A DNA stretch of 34,132 nt from Promethearchaeota archaeon Loki_b31 (lineage in GTDB: Archaea; Asgardarchaeota; Lokiarchaeia; Sigyniarchaeales; SOKP01), in assembly GCA_005222975.1 (NCBI GenBank), contig NJBI01000038.1, forward strand, positions 1-34,132, in the 5' to 3' direction. This document shows positions 9,775 through 19,125 of the stretch, one piece after another. The notes under the pieces are model-generated. The model did no database searches. It worked only from the letters and a program-made list of their open reading frames with translations, and had not been told where the DNA came from. The translations under genes were made by a program, and so were the position numbers. Positions within the stretch are counted from its first letter, which is position 1. Each line of letters opens with the position of its first letter.

Positions 9775-10443
9775 ATGGGTTTTTTAATTAAATTAGCGGG
9801 AAAAAAAATAGAAGAAATTGAATATTTTCTAGATATTGTAGTGGAAAACATAATAGAAGGAAAAGTTATCGCTTTTCCTACCAATTCTGTCTACGGGCTT
9901 GGATGTGATCCAACAAATCTAAATGCTATTGAAAAAATTTACGAAATAAAATTTCGAGAACGATCTAAAGGATTATTACTGTTAGTAGCTGATGTTGAAG
10001 AAGCTTCTAAAATTGCTGAGTTTAACATTTTAGGTAGAAAGCTAGCAGATCATTTTTGGCCTGGTCAACTAACCTTAATTTTAAAAAAAAAAGAACCAAA
10101 TATCATTCCTCCAGAAGTTACTGCTTCTCAGAATACTATTGGTATCCGTGTTCCTGAAAACGAGATCGTTTTACATATTTTAAAAAAGCTGAAATTAAAA
10201 GGATGTTTTGGTGGGATAATCGGAACTTCGGCAAACTATTCTGGAGAGACTGCATCTATTAGTGGAAGTGAAGTTGCGAAAAAATTTTTAACTCCTATTG
10301 ACTTAATAATTGATGGAGGAAAATCACAATCGAAAGTTCCTACGACAATCGTTGATTGTAGCTCAGAAAAGTTAAAATTATTGCGAATTGGGTTGATAAA
10401 AGAAGAAGATATCGAAAGCATTTTAAAAATAAAGGAAGATTAA
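9775..10443 (+). CDS. tsaC: L-threonylcarbamoyladenylate synthase (TsaC/YrdC/Sua5 family, single-domain)
   Basis: FPTNSVYGLG, IKFR, FWPGQLTLIL, IGIRVP, TSAN.SG, TTIVD, LRIG. At 222 aa it has no C-terminal SUA5 domain. Confidence 0.9.
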   Translation: MGFLIKLAGKKIEEIEYFLDIVVENIIEGKVIAFPTNSVYGLGCDPTNLNAIEKIYEIKFRERSKGLLLLVADVEEASKIAEFNILGRKLADHFWPGQLTLILKKKEPNIIPPEVTASQNTIGIRVPENEIVLHILKKLKLKGCFGGIIGTSANYSGETASISGSEVAKKFLTPIDLIIDGGKSQSKVPTTIVDCSSEKLKLLRIGLIKEEDIESILKIKED

Positions 10444-10459
10444 ATATGGGGAGTATAAT

Positions 10460-10990
10460 TTGAACAACTTTAATTTATTGATCTCCACCTCAAGATATAA
10501 CGAGACAAACGCAAAAGCAGAAATCTGGTTTACTCTGTTAATGTGTGGCGACAAATACCCCATTATTTCAGGGATAAAGTATCCTGGATTGATAACAGCA
10601 CTAACTAATATTGATAGTAAAGAAGTTATTTATAAAATTAAAAAGATAATAGAAAATGATTCTAATTTTTTTCAGTTCATTTTAAAAATTATTCCAATTG
10701 ATTATATTTGTGAAACTAATATTAAAACTATCAAAGAATTCGTAGAGAAATATTATCGTATCTATATTAATGAAGATCAGTCGTTTAAGATTGAGTTAAT
10801 ACGTAGGAAAAATGAGCTAGTAGAAAGAGACACTGTTATTGAATCGATTGCTAAAATTGTTAATAATAAAGTTAATTTGGATAATCCAGACAAAATTATA
10901 AGAATAGAAATCCTTGGAAATGTTACTGGAATTTCTTTTTTAAATCCAGACGATTTAATTAGAATTATTAATAAGTTCAATAGGCTCTAA
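10460..10990 (+). CDS. stand-alone THUMP-domain protein (Tan1-like)
   Basis: LKIIPID, SFKIEL.RR, KVNLDNPDKIIRIEILG..TGIS. TTG start preceded by GGGAG. Confidence 0.85.
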   Translation: MNNFNLLISTSRYNETNAKAEIWFTLLMCGDKYPIISGIKYPGLITALTNIDSKEVIYKIKKIIENDSNFFQFILKIIPIDYICETNIKTIKEFVEKYYRIYINEDQSFKIELIRRKNELVERDTVIESIAKIVNNKVNLDNPDKIIRIEILGNVTGISFLNPDDLIRIINKFNRL

Positions 10991-11643
10991 TTAGATCTCG
11001 TTTTCTCTAAACTTAACAAAGCCATTTCTTCACATACTAAATCGTTTAAAGCTTTAAACAGATTAACGATATTTTTCTCGTTCGGTTCTATGTAATTTAT
11101 TTTAATTCCATATGACTTTAACACAGTTAAAATTTGCTTATTAGAAAAATTAAAATAATTTTTAATGATTTTGTATTTTTCTATAGACATCTCTTCTAAA
11201 TTTAAACTCATATCTTTAGAACCTAAATACTTATTTACTTCCAAATTAATTTGCTTAATGTTATTTTTCGAGGAGATTATACAAAAACTAATTCTACGAT
11301 TATTAATATTATAATTATCTATCCCAAAATCTTCGAGACCTAACTTAATTTGCCTTTTAGCAGCCAAATATAAAAAAAATTCAATATTTTTTTTATTTGA
11401 AATATTAGTTTTATTAAAAAAAGCGTTTTGCACGAAATAACAAGCGTGAAATATATGTTCTTTATTTAGAATATACTTTTCGTTGAAAAATTGTAATATA
11501 GTGTCTTTATGATTTTTTTGTATAACTTCAATTAATTTTAATAGTTTATCTAGAGATAATTCTTCTGGATCAACCTCAATTTGATTAATTCCTACGCAAT
11601 ACTTAAGATTTTCGGTTAAACATTTAAAAGAATTTATGATCAT
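10987..11643 (-). CDS. cgi121: KEOPS complex subunit Cgi121
   Basis: QFFN...I...EHI..A...NISNKKNIEFFLYLAAKRQIK.GL..FGI and C-terminal 'LVCEEMALL'. Start set to ATG 11643 (ATGA overlap with the ecfT stop). Confidence 0.85.
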   Translation of the reverse strand: MIINSFKCLTENLKYCVGINQIEVDPEELSLDKLLKLIEVIQKNHKDTILQFFNEKYILNKEHIFHACYFVQNAFFNKTNISNKKNIEFFLYLAAKRQIKLGLEDFGIDNYNINNRRISFCIISSKNNIKQINLEVNKYLGSKDMSLNLEEMSIEKYKIIKNYFNFSNKQILTVLKSYGIKINYIEPNEKNIVNLFKALNDLVCEEMALLSLEKTRSN

Positions 11644-12416
11644 ACAGGTAAACTCCATCTAAACCATAATGGCATTGAAATAAAGTGGATCTTGATAAAA
11701 ATTAGAGTAATCGAAAACAAAATCAAATATATCGTAAATATCCAATCTTTAGTTGAATATTTAATAGTAAAATAAAAAGTACGCTCCTTTTTACTTCCAA
11801 AACCCCTTGATTCCAGAGCCTCTGCGACGTTAAAAGCTCTTTTTATAGAGCTTATTATTAGAGGGACTAAGAGAGGAAATAGATTTTTTATTTGATTAAT
11901 AATGCCTTTTTTTTGCATTTCATAACCTCGACTCTGTTGAGCGTCCATAATATTTTGAGCCTCTATTGCAATCGTTGGTACGAATCTAAAAGCTAATGAA
12001 AAGGCAAATGCATATTCATAGGAAATCTTCATAGAAATCAAAGAAAGAGTCAAATCATTTGGGTCGACAGTTAAGAAAAACAATGAAAATGCTGAAATCA
12101 TTATGGAGATTCTTAAAATCATGGCAAATGCAAATGATAACCCCCTGTCCTTGATAAATAGGGTGTTCAAAACAATTATAAAAATATAGAGAAAGGACAT
12201 TCCTTTGATACTTTTTAACCATTGTTTAAATAAGCGTCCTAAAAGTATTATGGGTAGTAAAGTTATTAAAATTAATATTAAAGGGACAATTTCTTGGAAC
12301 AACAAGGCGTTAATAGTGTATGTTATTGCTAACAATAATTTAGTTCTTGGATCTAGATTATGTAAAAAAGTATCTTTTTTCAAAAATTTGAATGCACTGA
12401 GAAATTCTAAAGACAT
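11640..12416 (-). CDS. ecfT: ECF transporter transmembrane component
   Basis: LDPRTKL, RFVP, AQQSRG and ALESRGF coupling motifs. Confidence 0.93.
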   Translation of the reverse strand: MSLEFLSAFKFLKKDTFLHNLDPRTKLLLAITYTINALLFQEIVPLILILITLLPIILLGRLFKQWLKSIKGMSFLYIFIIVLNTLFIKDRGLSFAFAMILRISIMISAFSLFFLTVDPNDLTLSLISMKISYEYAFAFSLAFRFVPTIAIEAQNIMDAQQSRGYEMQKKGIINQIKNLFPLLVPLIISSIKRAFNVAEALESRGFGSKKERTFYFTIKYSTKDWIFTIYLILFSITLIFIKIHFISMPLWFRWSLPV

Positions 12417-13292
12417 TTATAGACGACCCTCGGGCATAGTTGTTGTTTTATTTTCCAAATAATTGTTAAGAAAATTTATCATTTCTTGCTCCTTTACAAC
12501 TTCTTTAGGGACGTCAATTCCAATTTTTTGAAGTTCTATTCTAAGTTGATAAATTTGTGGCATAATTAGCGATGAGTTTTCTACTAAAAATTCATTAGTA
12601 AGAATATTTTTTGTTGGGCCATCAGCAATAATTCTTCCTTTGCTCATTAAAACAGTCCTTGGGGAGTGCTCTATAGTAAATTCTATACTATGAGTTACTA
12701 CAATTATTGTTTTCCCCTTTTTCAATTCATTATGTATTAATTTAACAAAAAATCTAATTTCTTTTGCATCCTGACCCAATGTTGGCTCGTCAAAAACTAA
12801 AATTTCGGGGTCGCGGCATATAATTGAAGCAATAGCTATTTTTTTTGATTCTCCACCAGATAGGTTTAATGGCGATCGCTTTCGATACTTTTCAAGATTA
12901 AATTCTTTTAATACTTTATCAACTTTTATCTGAATTTCTTCTCTGTCCAAATTAAGATTTTTCAACGAAAATTTAATTTCATCCTCAACTGTGTTAGAAA
13001 ATAGTTGATGTGAAGGATTTTGAAAAATAATTCCTACTTTTTTAGATAAAGTAGCAATAGTTTTAGAGTCGATATTTTCACCCTCTAAAAAAATTTCTCC
13101 CTTAGTAGGACGGATTAAGCCGTTAATAGTTCGAATTAATGTCGTTTTTCCCGCTCCGTTTTGTCCCATTATTGCTACAAACTCGCCTTTATTGATATTG
13201 AGAGAGACTTTTCTTAATGCTACCGTCCCATTTGAATAAACATATTCAACATCATGCATCATTATTAAAGGTAACGAGTTATTTTCTTTCAT
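12417..13292 (-). CDS. ecfA: ECF transporter ATPase
   Basis: GQNGAGKT, FQNPSHQLF, LSGGE, FDEPT, VTH. Confidence 0.92.
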   Translation of the reverse strand: MKENNSLPLIMMHDVEYVYSNGTVALRKVSLNINKGEFVAIMGQNGAGKTTLIRTINGLIRPTKGEIFLEGENIDSKTIATLSKKVGIIFQNPSHQLFSNTVEDEIKFSLKNLNLDREEIQIKVDKVLKEFNLEKYRKRSPLNLSGGESKKIAIASIICRDPEILVFDEPTLGQDAKEIRFFVKLIHNELKKGKTIIVVTHSIEFTIEHSPRTVLMSKGRIIADGPTKNILTNEFLVENSSLIMPQIYQLRIELQKIGIDVPKEVVKEQEMINFLNNYLENKTTTMPEGRL

Positions 13293-13304
13293 AGCCTTTT
13301 TAAT

Positions 13305-14144
13305 TTAATTGATAGTTTTTAATAAATTAATAGCATCTTGAATCGATATTGGAATATTTTGTCCAAATAAATTTCTTTTTTTCAATTTATTAAAAATTGA
13401 ATATATTTTTGGTTTATTGATATTTAAATTCTCAAAAATGTCATCACCAATTATCTTATTTTTATTGTCGTAAGCGATAACCTCACCTTCTTTCATCAAG
13501 ATTATATCATCCACAATTGGGACAAGTAAGTCCATTCGATGTTCGCTAATTATAACGGTAATTTTCTTTTCAATTTGGATTTTTTTCAATAAAGTAATTA
13601 TTTTTTGAGCAAAAAAAGGGTCTAAATTTGCGGTAGGCTCGTCTAGAACGATAATTTTAGGCTCTAATACTAAAATTGAAGCAATAGCAACTCGTTGTTG
13701 CTCACCGCCACTAATCTCAAAAGGTGCTTTATCCATTATGTTTTCAATTTCAGTAATTTCTACAACTTCTTCAATTCTTTCTTTAATAACATCCCTCGAA
13801 AATCCAAGGTTTTCCAAGCCAAAAGCAATTTCGTGTTCTACATTCATTGCAATTAATTGGTTTTCAGGATTTTGAAATACAATTCCAATATCTTTAGATA
13901 AACTCGATATAGATGTTTCAGTAGTATTTTTTCCTGAGATTTCCACAGATCCCTTATAATAACCCGCATAAAATTGTGGGATTAACCCATTCATGCATCT
14001 GATTAACGAAGTTTTTCCAGATCCAGTCTCTCCGGCTAACAAAATAAATTTATTAGATTCAATTTTTAAATTAATATTATTTAAAGCATATTCTTCGTTT
14101 CCTTTGTATCGAAAATGAAAATTGCTAAATTTAATTAGGCTCAT
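13305..14144 (-). CDS. ecfA: ECF transporter ATPase
   Basis: GETGSGKT, FQNPENQL, ISGGEQQR, LDEPT, SEHR. Confidence 0.92.
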   Translation of the reverse strand: MSLIKFSNFHFRYKGNEEYALNNINLKIESNKFILLAGETGSGKTSLIRCMNGLIPQFYAGYYKGSVEISGKNTTETSISSLSKDIGIVFQNPENQLIAMNVEHEIAFGLENLGFSRDVIKERIEEVVEITEIENIMDKAPFEISGGEQQRVAIASILVLEPKIIVLDEPTANLDPFFAQKIITLLKKIQIEKKITVIISEHRMDLLVPIVDDIILMKEGEVIAYDNKNKIIGDDIFENLNINKPKIYSIFNKLKKRNLFGQNIPISIQDAINLLKTIN

Positions 14145-14174
14145 TATATAAGGATATCTACATATCTTTTTGCT

Positions 14175-15182
14175 TTATAACGGTTGATAATTAATTAAAG
14201 TTCGCTTTATATTATCTACTATTTCGTTAAGATTACGCTCTAAATCATTCTCGCCGTTTAAAGTCGCAGCGCCATCATGTCCGCCACCATCTGCATTACT
14301 TATTCCATTTAAAATTTTCCCAAGATGCAACCCAGTTTTTAAACATACATTTTTTTTTGCTCGAGCGCTGATTCTATATTTAGATTTTTCTTTTGTATAA
14401 ACAATTCCAACATCAAATCCAACTTTTATTAAAGTTGAAGCAACGGAAGCGCTAAAACTACTAACTTGTGAAATACCAATTAACCAACTATCAACTCGAA
14501 TTAGTTTAGCTCTTTGCAACCCTTTAATACTTGCAATTTTTTTAGAGATATCAGTTTCGTTCTCTAATAAAAGTAGAACATCTTGAAAATCAATTTCATC
14601 TTGCAAAATATTTAATAAATGCTTGATAGTCTCGGTATTTCCATATTTAAGAAACCCTGAATCGGTTAATATTGCCGATATTAAAAGATATTTGTATGGG
14701 ATTGGAAGATCGAAGTTATAATTATCAATTAACTCTAATATTATCTCTGCTGTCGAAGAATAATTTTCAAATATTAAATTTAATGATGTTATATTTCCTC
14801 CATAATTCTTTTTTAAATCTAGATGATGATCTACAAAAATAAAGGGGACATCCAAATTTAAAGTACTTAACAATTTTATTTGTTCTAAATTATTTGAGTC
14901 GACTATTACTATAATGTCAATATTCGAGAAGTTTTCGTCATTTTTAGAAGGAAAATTAAAGTCTGGAAATTTTTGGAGAAATTTTACCACGAAATTTTTA
15001 GTATATTTAGATAATTTTGAGAATGTCAAAAATATATTTTGATTTGTAAAAAAATTCTCACAAAAGAATTTTAAAACTAAAGCAGACACAAAACCGTCAA
15101 GATCAGCTGAATCATGAGTGGCAATTAAGAGATTTTTTCCCTTTAAATAATTTAAAAAATCTTCTTTTTTAGAATTAAGCAT
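14175..15182 (-). CDS. DHH/DHHA1 family phosphoesterase
   Basis: THDSADLDG, IVDSN, VDHH, ILTDSG, GGGHDGAA. Conserved position after pfdB. Start trimmed to ATG 15182 to avoid the pfdB overlap. Confidence 0.88.
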   Translation of the reverse strand: MLNSKKEDFLNYLKGKNLLIATHDSADLDGFVSALVLKFFCENFFTNQNIFLTFSKLSKYTKNFVVKFLQKFPDFNFPSKNDENFSNIDIIVIVDSNNLEQIKLLSTLNLDVPFIFVDHHLDLKKNYGGNITSLNLIFENYSSTAEIILELIDNYNFDLPIPYKYLLISAILTDSGFLKYGNTETIKHLLNILQDEIDFQDVLLLLENETDISKKIASIKGLQRAKLIRVDSWLIGISQVSSFSASVASTLIKVGFDVGIVYTKEKSKYRISARAKKNVCLKTGLHLGKILNGISNADGGGHDGAATLNGENDLERNLNEIVDNIKRTLINYQPL

Positions 15183-15198
15183 AAAAATATTAAATATA

Positions 15199-15555
15199 TT
15201 ATTGATTTTGTAAATCTTCTTGAAGAGATCTCTGCATGTTCTCAAAAGTGCTCTTGGTTCTTTCGATTTTTTGAGCAAGCGTTTTAGATTGCATGGTTAG
15301 AGTTTCTTTATTAGATTTTTTCTCGTCAAGTAGTTTGTCTCGAGTGCTTTTTACCATCACGCCACCAATACTCTTGTAAACAGGTGTATCTGGAGTAGCT
15401 TCAGTTAGACTTTCTATTGCTAGTTCTGTTTCTCTAATATTACTATCAATTTGTAACTTCTGTTGTGTAAGGATCTCTAAGGTTTGACCAAATTGAGTTA
15501 GAGTTTGAAATTTCTTCTTTGTTTCTTCATTTAATGATTCAAAATTTATTGTCAA
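15199..15555 (-). CDS. pfdB: prefoldin beta subunit
   Basis: Coiled coil - VYKSIGGVMVK hairpin - coiled coil; conserved gene context. Confidence 0.92.
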   Translation of the reverse strand: MTINFESLNEETKKKFQTLTQFGQTLEILTQQKLQIDSNIRETELAIESLTEATPDTPVYKSIGGVMVKSTRDKLLDEKKSNKETLTMQSKTLAQKIERTKSTFENMQRSLQEDLQNQ

Positions 15556-15608
15556 CGATAATCACATAATATTTTTTATAATAGAAAATGAAATTTCTAA
15601 TATCAAAT

Positions 15609-15878
15609 TTACGAATTTTCAACAATTTTTAGCGTATTATCAATAACCTTTCCGAAACTGATTATCTCATTAATACTTGCCCTGAAAGCAGTGATATCGT
15701 TGCTATTGATTTGAAATATTAACGAATATTTCTCTTTTTTCATCGCTATTGTAGATCTTTTCGATTTCACTATATTAAATTCAGGTAAAAATGAGTTATA
15801 AGAAATATCGCACAGTTTAGAAGTTTTAAATTTAAGCTCTAAAGTAGATTTTATTGTATAAAAATTATTTTTATTCAT
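15609..15878 (-). CDS. pcc1: KEOPS complex subunit Pcc1
   Basis: 89 aa, 'SFLPE...RS......L...I.S.DITAFRASIN'; sits between rpl37ae and pfdB as in the archaeal superoperon. Confidence 0.85.
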   Translation of the reverse strand: MNKNNFYTIKSTLELKFKTSKLCDISYNSFLPEFNIVKSKRSTIAMKKEKYSLIFQINSNDITAFRASINEIISFGKVIDNTLKIVENS

Positions 15879-16168
15879 TATTCTTCAATTACTTCTGATT
15901 CTCTTTGTTTTCGCTTCGCTATTCTAAAGGACTCTGCGCCTCGAGGTGTTTGTGTGTTATATGCCCCTCCTGTAAATTTAGCATTACATTTTTTACAATG
16001 CCATATACCAGTCGAAATTCTATGGATCGATCCTCTTGTTTCGCAACGAGGGCATTTTAAATTTCCACCTTTTTGTTTTTCCATGATTAGTCTCCATTTT
16101 TTACGAACATTAGAGCCATAGCGAGCTCCGAAAGTGGCGGAAAGACCGGTTTTTTTCGTTTTACCCAT
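15878..16168 (-). CDS. rpl37ae: 50S ribosomal protein L37Ae (eL43)
   Basis: MGKTKKTG...FGARYG, CPRC...TGIWHCKKC..KFTGGAY. Confidence 0.96.
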   Translation of the reverse strand: MGKTKKTGLSATFGARYGSNVRKKWRLIMEKQKGGNLKCPRCETRGSIHRISTGIWHCKKCNAKFTGGAYNTQTPRGAESFRIAKRKQRESEVIEE

Positions 16169-16377
16169 AAATATCACTAATTTCTTTTAATATGTTGTGT
16201 TTAAATAAAAACTACTATAAACTTTAAATTTTTCCAATTAAGAAAAATCAATTTCCCCTAAATTCGTTAATTTCTAGTTTAAGTCAAATTAACTTTTATA
16301 AACAACTTTAAACAAAGATGTATTAAAGTTTTTAATTTAAAATTAGAATCATATACAAAATTTTATGGTGGATTTAT

Positions 16378-19107
16378 TTGGTTGTAGAAGGTCCTTTTAC
16401 AGTAAGTTTTACTGATATATCAACTGATGATGTTAAAAAGATCGGCAATAAAGCTGCTAATCTGAGCTTTCTAATGGCAAAAGATTTTTCTGTTCCAGAA
16501 GGATACGTCATAAAAACTTCGGCTTACACTTTATTTCTAAAGTGTAATAAGCTTGATAATATTATCCAAGATTCATTAAATAAAATCAAAGATAATGATT
16601 ATAACTCTATTGAAGTAGCAGCGAAATCAATTAAAAACGCTGTTGAGGGCAGCCCACTTCCTATTGAACTCACTAATGAAATCTCTGCTAAATACCCTCA
16701 TTATGATTCTTATTATGTTGCAGTAAGATCGTCGGCTACGGCGGAAGATTTACCTTCAGCTTCATTTGCTGGTCAATATGATACTTATTTAAATCTTAAA
16801 GGTCTCAAGCAGATTTTTCATCACATTAAACAGTGCTATGCCTCTCTTTGGACGGGTAGAGCAATATCTTATAGGATAAAGAATATGATTCCTCATAACA
16901 GCGTTAAAATTGCTACCATTGTTCAAAAAATGATTTCACCAAAATCTGCAGGTGTTTTATTTACAGCTAATCCAATTACTTCGGATATTTCAGAAATTCT
17001 TATTGAATCCAATTTTGGATTGGGAGAATCCTTAGTGTCTGGCCAGATTAATCCAGATCAATACATTATTCAAAAAATACTTAAAAAAGGAAAAAAAGTA
17101 TTTAGAATCATTAACAAACGAATAGGAAAAAAAAAATTTGCCACTTTTTCAAAAGAGACTAATGGTGATAGTGGTATCGAGCAAAAAATCCTCTCCGAAC
17201 AAAAAAGCACGGAATCTTCTCTCTCAGATAAAATCATTATTAAACTTGCTAGAATTGGGAGCGAAATTGAAAATATCTTTGGAGGAAAGCCTCAAGATAT
17301 CGAATGGGCTATAGATCAAGACGATCGAATCCATCTTCTTCAATCGCGCCCTATAACCTCAATGAGTCCCCAAAAAAACAGAGAAAAAAAAATGTGGAGT
17401 CGAGGCTATAGCGACGATTATTGGAATGATCCTGTTAGTCCTCTCTTTTTCGAATTATTAGGCGAGAATTTAACCAAAATTGTTAATATCGAGCTTAATA
17501 GTATTTTGGGCTATGAAAATATAGATAATAAGCTTTTAAAGCTTTATAATGGTCATGTGTATTTCAATTTAAATGTTCTTAAACTTAAAGTAGAAAATGA
17601 AATTCCAAAAATGTTGCGAAATGAAGATCTTTTAAATTACTTTCCAGATGGTTATGGATACTATGGTAAGGAAACAATTAAAAACCTTCCTTTCCATATT
17701 AAGAATCGTGTAATTGCAGAAATTCGAGTAATGTTTTATGATCCTGATGGTAGTATTACTAAAACTGCGGTAAAATACGATGAGTGGACTAATATGATAT
17801 TTTATCCGTTTTGCATAAATTTTGATTTAAAATTAAAAAAAATCGAAGATACAAGCGATGGACTAGCTTTATTTTCACTTGCAGAAGATCTCAATCGTGC
17901 AATGGTTCCTCATTTCTGTCTAGTAAGATATGGGATCCCCGTTCACAATATTGGAATGAATTTAATGACACAATATCTTCTAACTCGTTTTCTAGGGAAA
18001 AATGAATCACTACTATATTATCCCGTTTTAATATCAGGCTTAAAACATAAGTTAACTGAAACAAATGAGGGAATTCATTCATTAGCGGCCTTAATTCAAG
18101 ATAATTCTAACTTAAAGTCAATAATACTCGATAATAAATCTGAAAACATTTATGACATACTAAAACATGAAAAAAATTCACAAATTCACAATTTTCTATT
18201 AGAATTTGATAATTTTTTAAAGAAATTTGGCGATCGTGGATTCACTAGAGAGCCATATTACCCCCGTTGGAGCGAAAAACCAATGATTCACATATTTAAT
18301 ATCTTAAAATCATTAACCACGGAAACAACACATGAAAAAATTAGTAAAAATTTTTTCAGCTGTGAGATCCAAGAAAAATCTGAGAAGATTGTTGAATATA
18401 AAATTAGATCACAGCGATTTGGTTTTATAAAATGGAAAATCTTAAGTGTTATTTTAAAACTAAGCCGATTATACATAATCTTTAGAGAAAATCAGAGATT
18501 TAACTTGGATCGCTGGATTACAAGAAATCGAATGGTTTTTTTAGAAATAGGGAAACTATTAACTAATGAGGGAATTCTAAAGGAGTCAAATGATATATTT
18601 TTTCTAAAAAAAAGAGAGATTGAAGATTTATTACATCATAGATTTAATGAGAGCGAAATGTCCAAATTACAGATTGAAATCAGTAATAGAAAAAGAGATT
18701 TTCTAAAATTTGAGCATGAAGTTCCTCCAAAATTTCTTTTAGATTCCCATGAATTTAACGATGTTTTAAAGTACTCAAAAGATAGTTTAATTTTCCAAGG
18801 AATACCAGCAAGCCATGGAATAATTACTGGGAGAATTCATATAATTCGAACTATTAATCAAATCTCTACAGTTAAAACAAACGAGATCCTTGTAGTACCT
18901 CGAACAGATCCAGGATGGACTCCTGTATTTTCAAAAATAGGCGGTCTTATCACTGAAACGGGAGGGATACTTAGCCATGGTGCAGTAGTGGCTCGAGAAT
19001 ATGGTATACCCGCAGTTATTAACGTTCCAAACGCCTGTAAACTCTTTAAAAACGGTCAAATTGTAAATATTAATGGCTATAATGGAATTATTACAATTAA
19101 AAATTAA
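16378..19107 (+). CDS. PEP-utilising/dikinase-family enzyme with RPH/PigC-like layout (ATP-grasp, substrate domain, C-terminal His swivel)
   Basis: IGNKAANL, VAVRSSATAED...SFAGQYDT, GLGESLVSG, DIEWA, LLQSRPIT. The C-terminal TDPGWTP...GGILSHGAVVAREYGIPAV is present; there is no PEP/pyruvate TIM barrel after the His domain. Confidence 0.85.
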   Translation: MVVEGPFTVSFTDISTDDVKKIGNKAANLSFLMAKDFSVPEGYVIKTSAYTLFLKCNKLDNIIQDSLNKIKDNDYNSIEVAAKSIKNAVEGSPLPIELTNEISAKYPHYDSYYVAVRSSATAEDLPSASFAGQYDTYLNLKGLKQIFHHIKQCYASLWTGRAISYRIKNMIPHNSVKIATIVQKMISPKSAGVLFTANPITSDISEILIESNFGLGESLVSGQINPDQYIIQKILKKGKKVFRIINKRIGKKKFATFSKETNGDSGIEQKILSEQKSTESSLSDKIIIKLARIGSEIENIFGGKPQDIEWAIDQDDRIHLLQSRPITSMSPQKNREKKMWSRGYSDDYWNDPVSPLFFELLGENLTKIVNIELNSILGYENIDNKLLKLYNGHVYFNLNVLKLKVENEIPKMLRNEDLLNYFPDGYGYYGKETIKNLPFHIKNRVIAEIRVMFYDPDGSITKTAVKYDEWTNMIFYPFCINFDLKLKKIEDTSDGLALFSLAEDLNRAMVPHFCLVRYGIPVHNIGMNLMTQYLLTRFLGKNESLLYYPVLISGLKHKLTETNEGIHSLAALIQDNSNLKSIILDNKSENIYDILKHEKNSQIHNFLLEFDNFLKKFGDRGFTREPYYPRWSEKPMIHIFNILKSLTTETTHEKISKNFFSCEIQEKSEKIVEYKIRSQRFGFIKWKILSVILKLSRLYIIFRENQRFNLDRWITRNRMVFLEIGKLLTNEGILKESNDIFFLKKREIEDLLHHRFNESEMSKLQIEISNRKRDFLKFEHEVPPKFLLDSHEFNDVLKYSKDSLIFQGIPASHGIITGRIHIIRTINQISTVKTNEILVVPRTDPGWTPVFSKIGGLITETGGILSHGAVVAREYGIPAVINVPNACKLFKNGQIVNINGYNGIITIKN

Positions 19108-19125
19108 CAAAGGTTTAAAATAAAA

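Noticed and set aside
15183-15278. Long N-terminal extension of the DHH ORF (likewise the longer starts given for cgi121 and rpl37ae)
   Set aside because: The DHH and cgi121 extensions overlap the upstream gene; downstream ATGs (15182, 11643, 16168) give normal family N-termini.
16378-19107. Calling this ppsA or a rifampicin-resistance gene (rph)
   Set aside because: It lacks the C-terminal PEP-binding barrel of PpsA. The RPH-like layout is shared by many enzymes, and the substrate cannot be read from the sequence.
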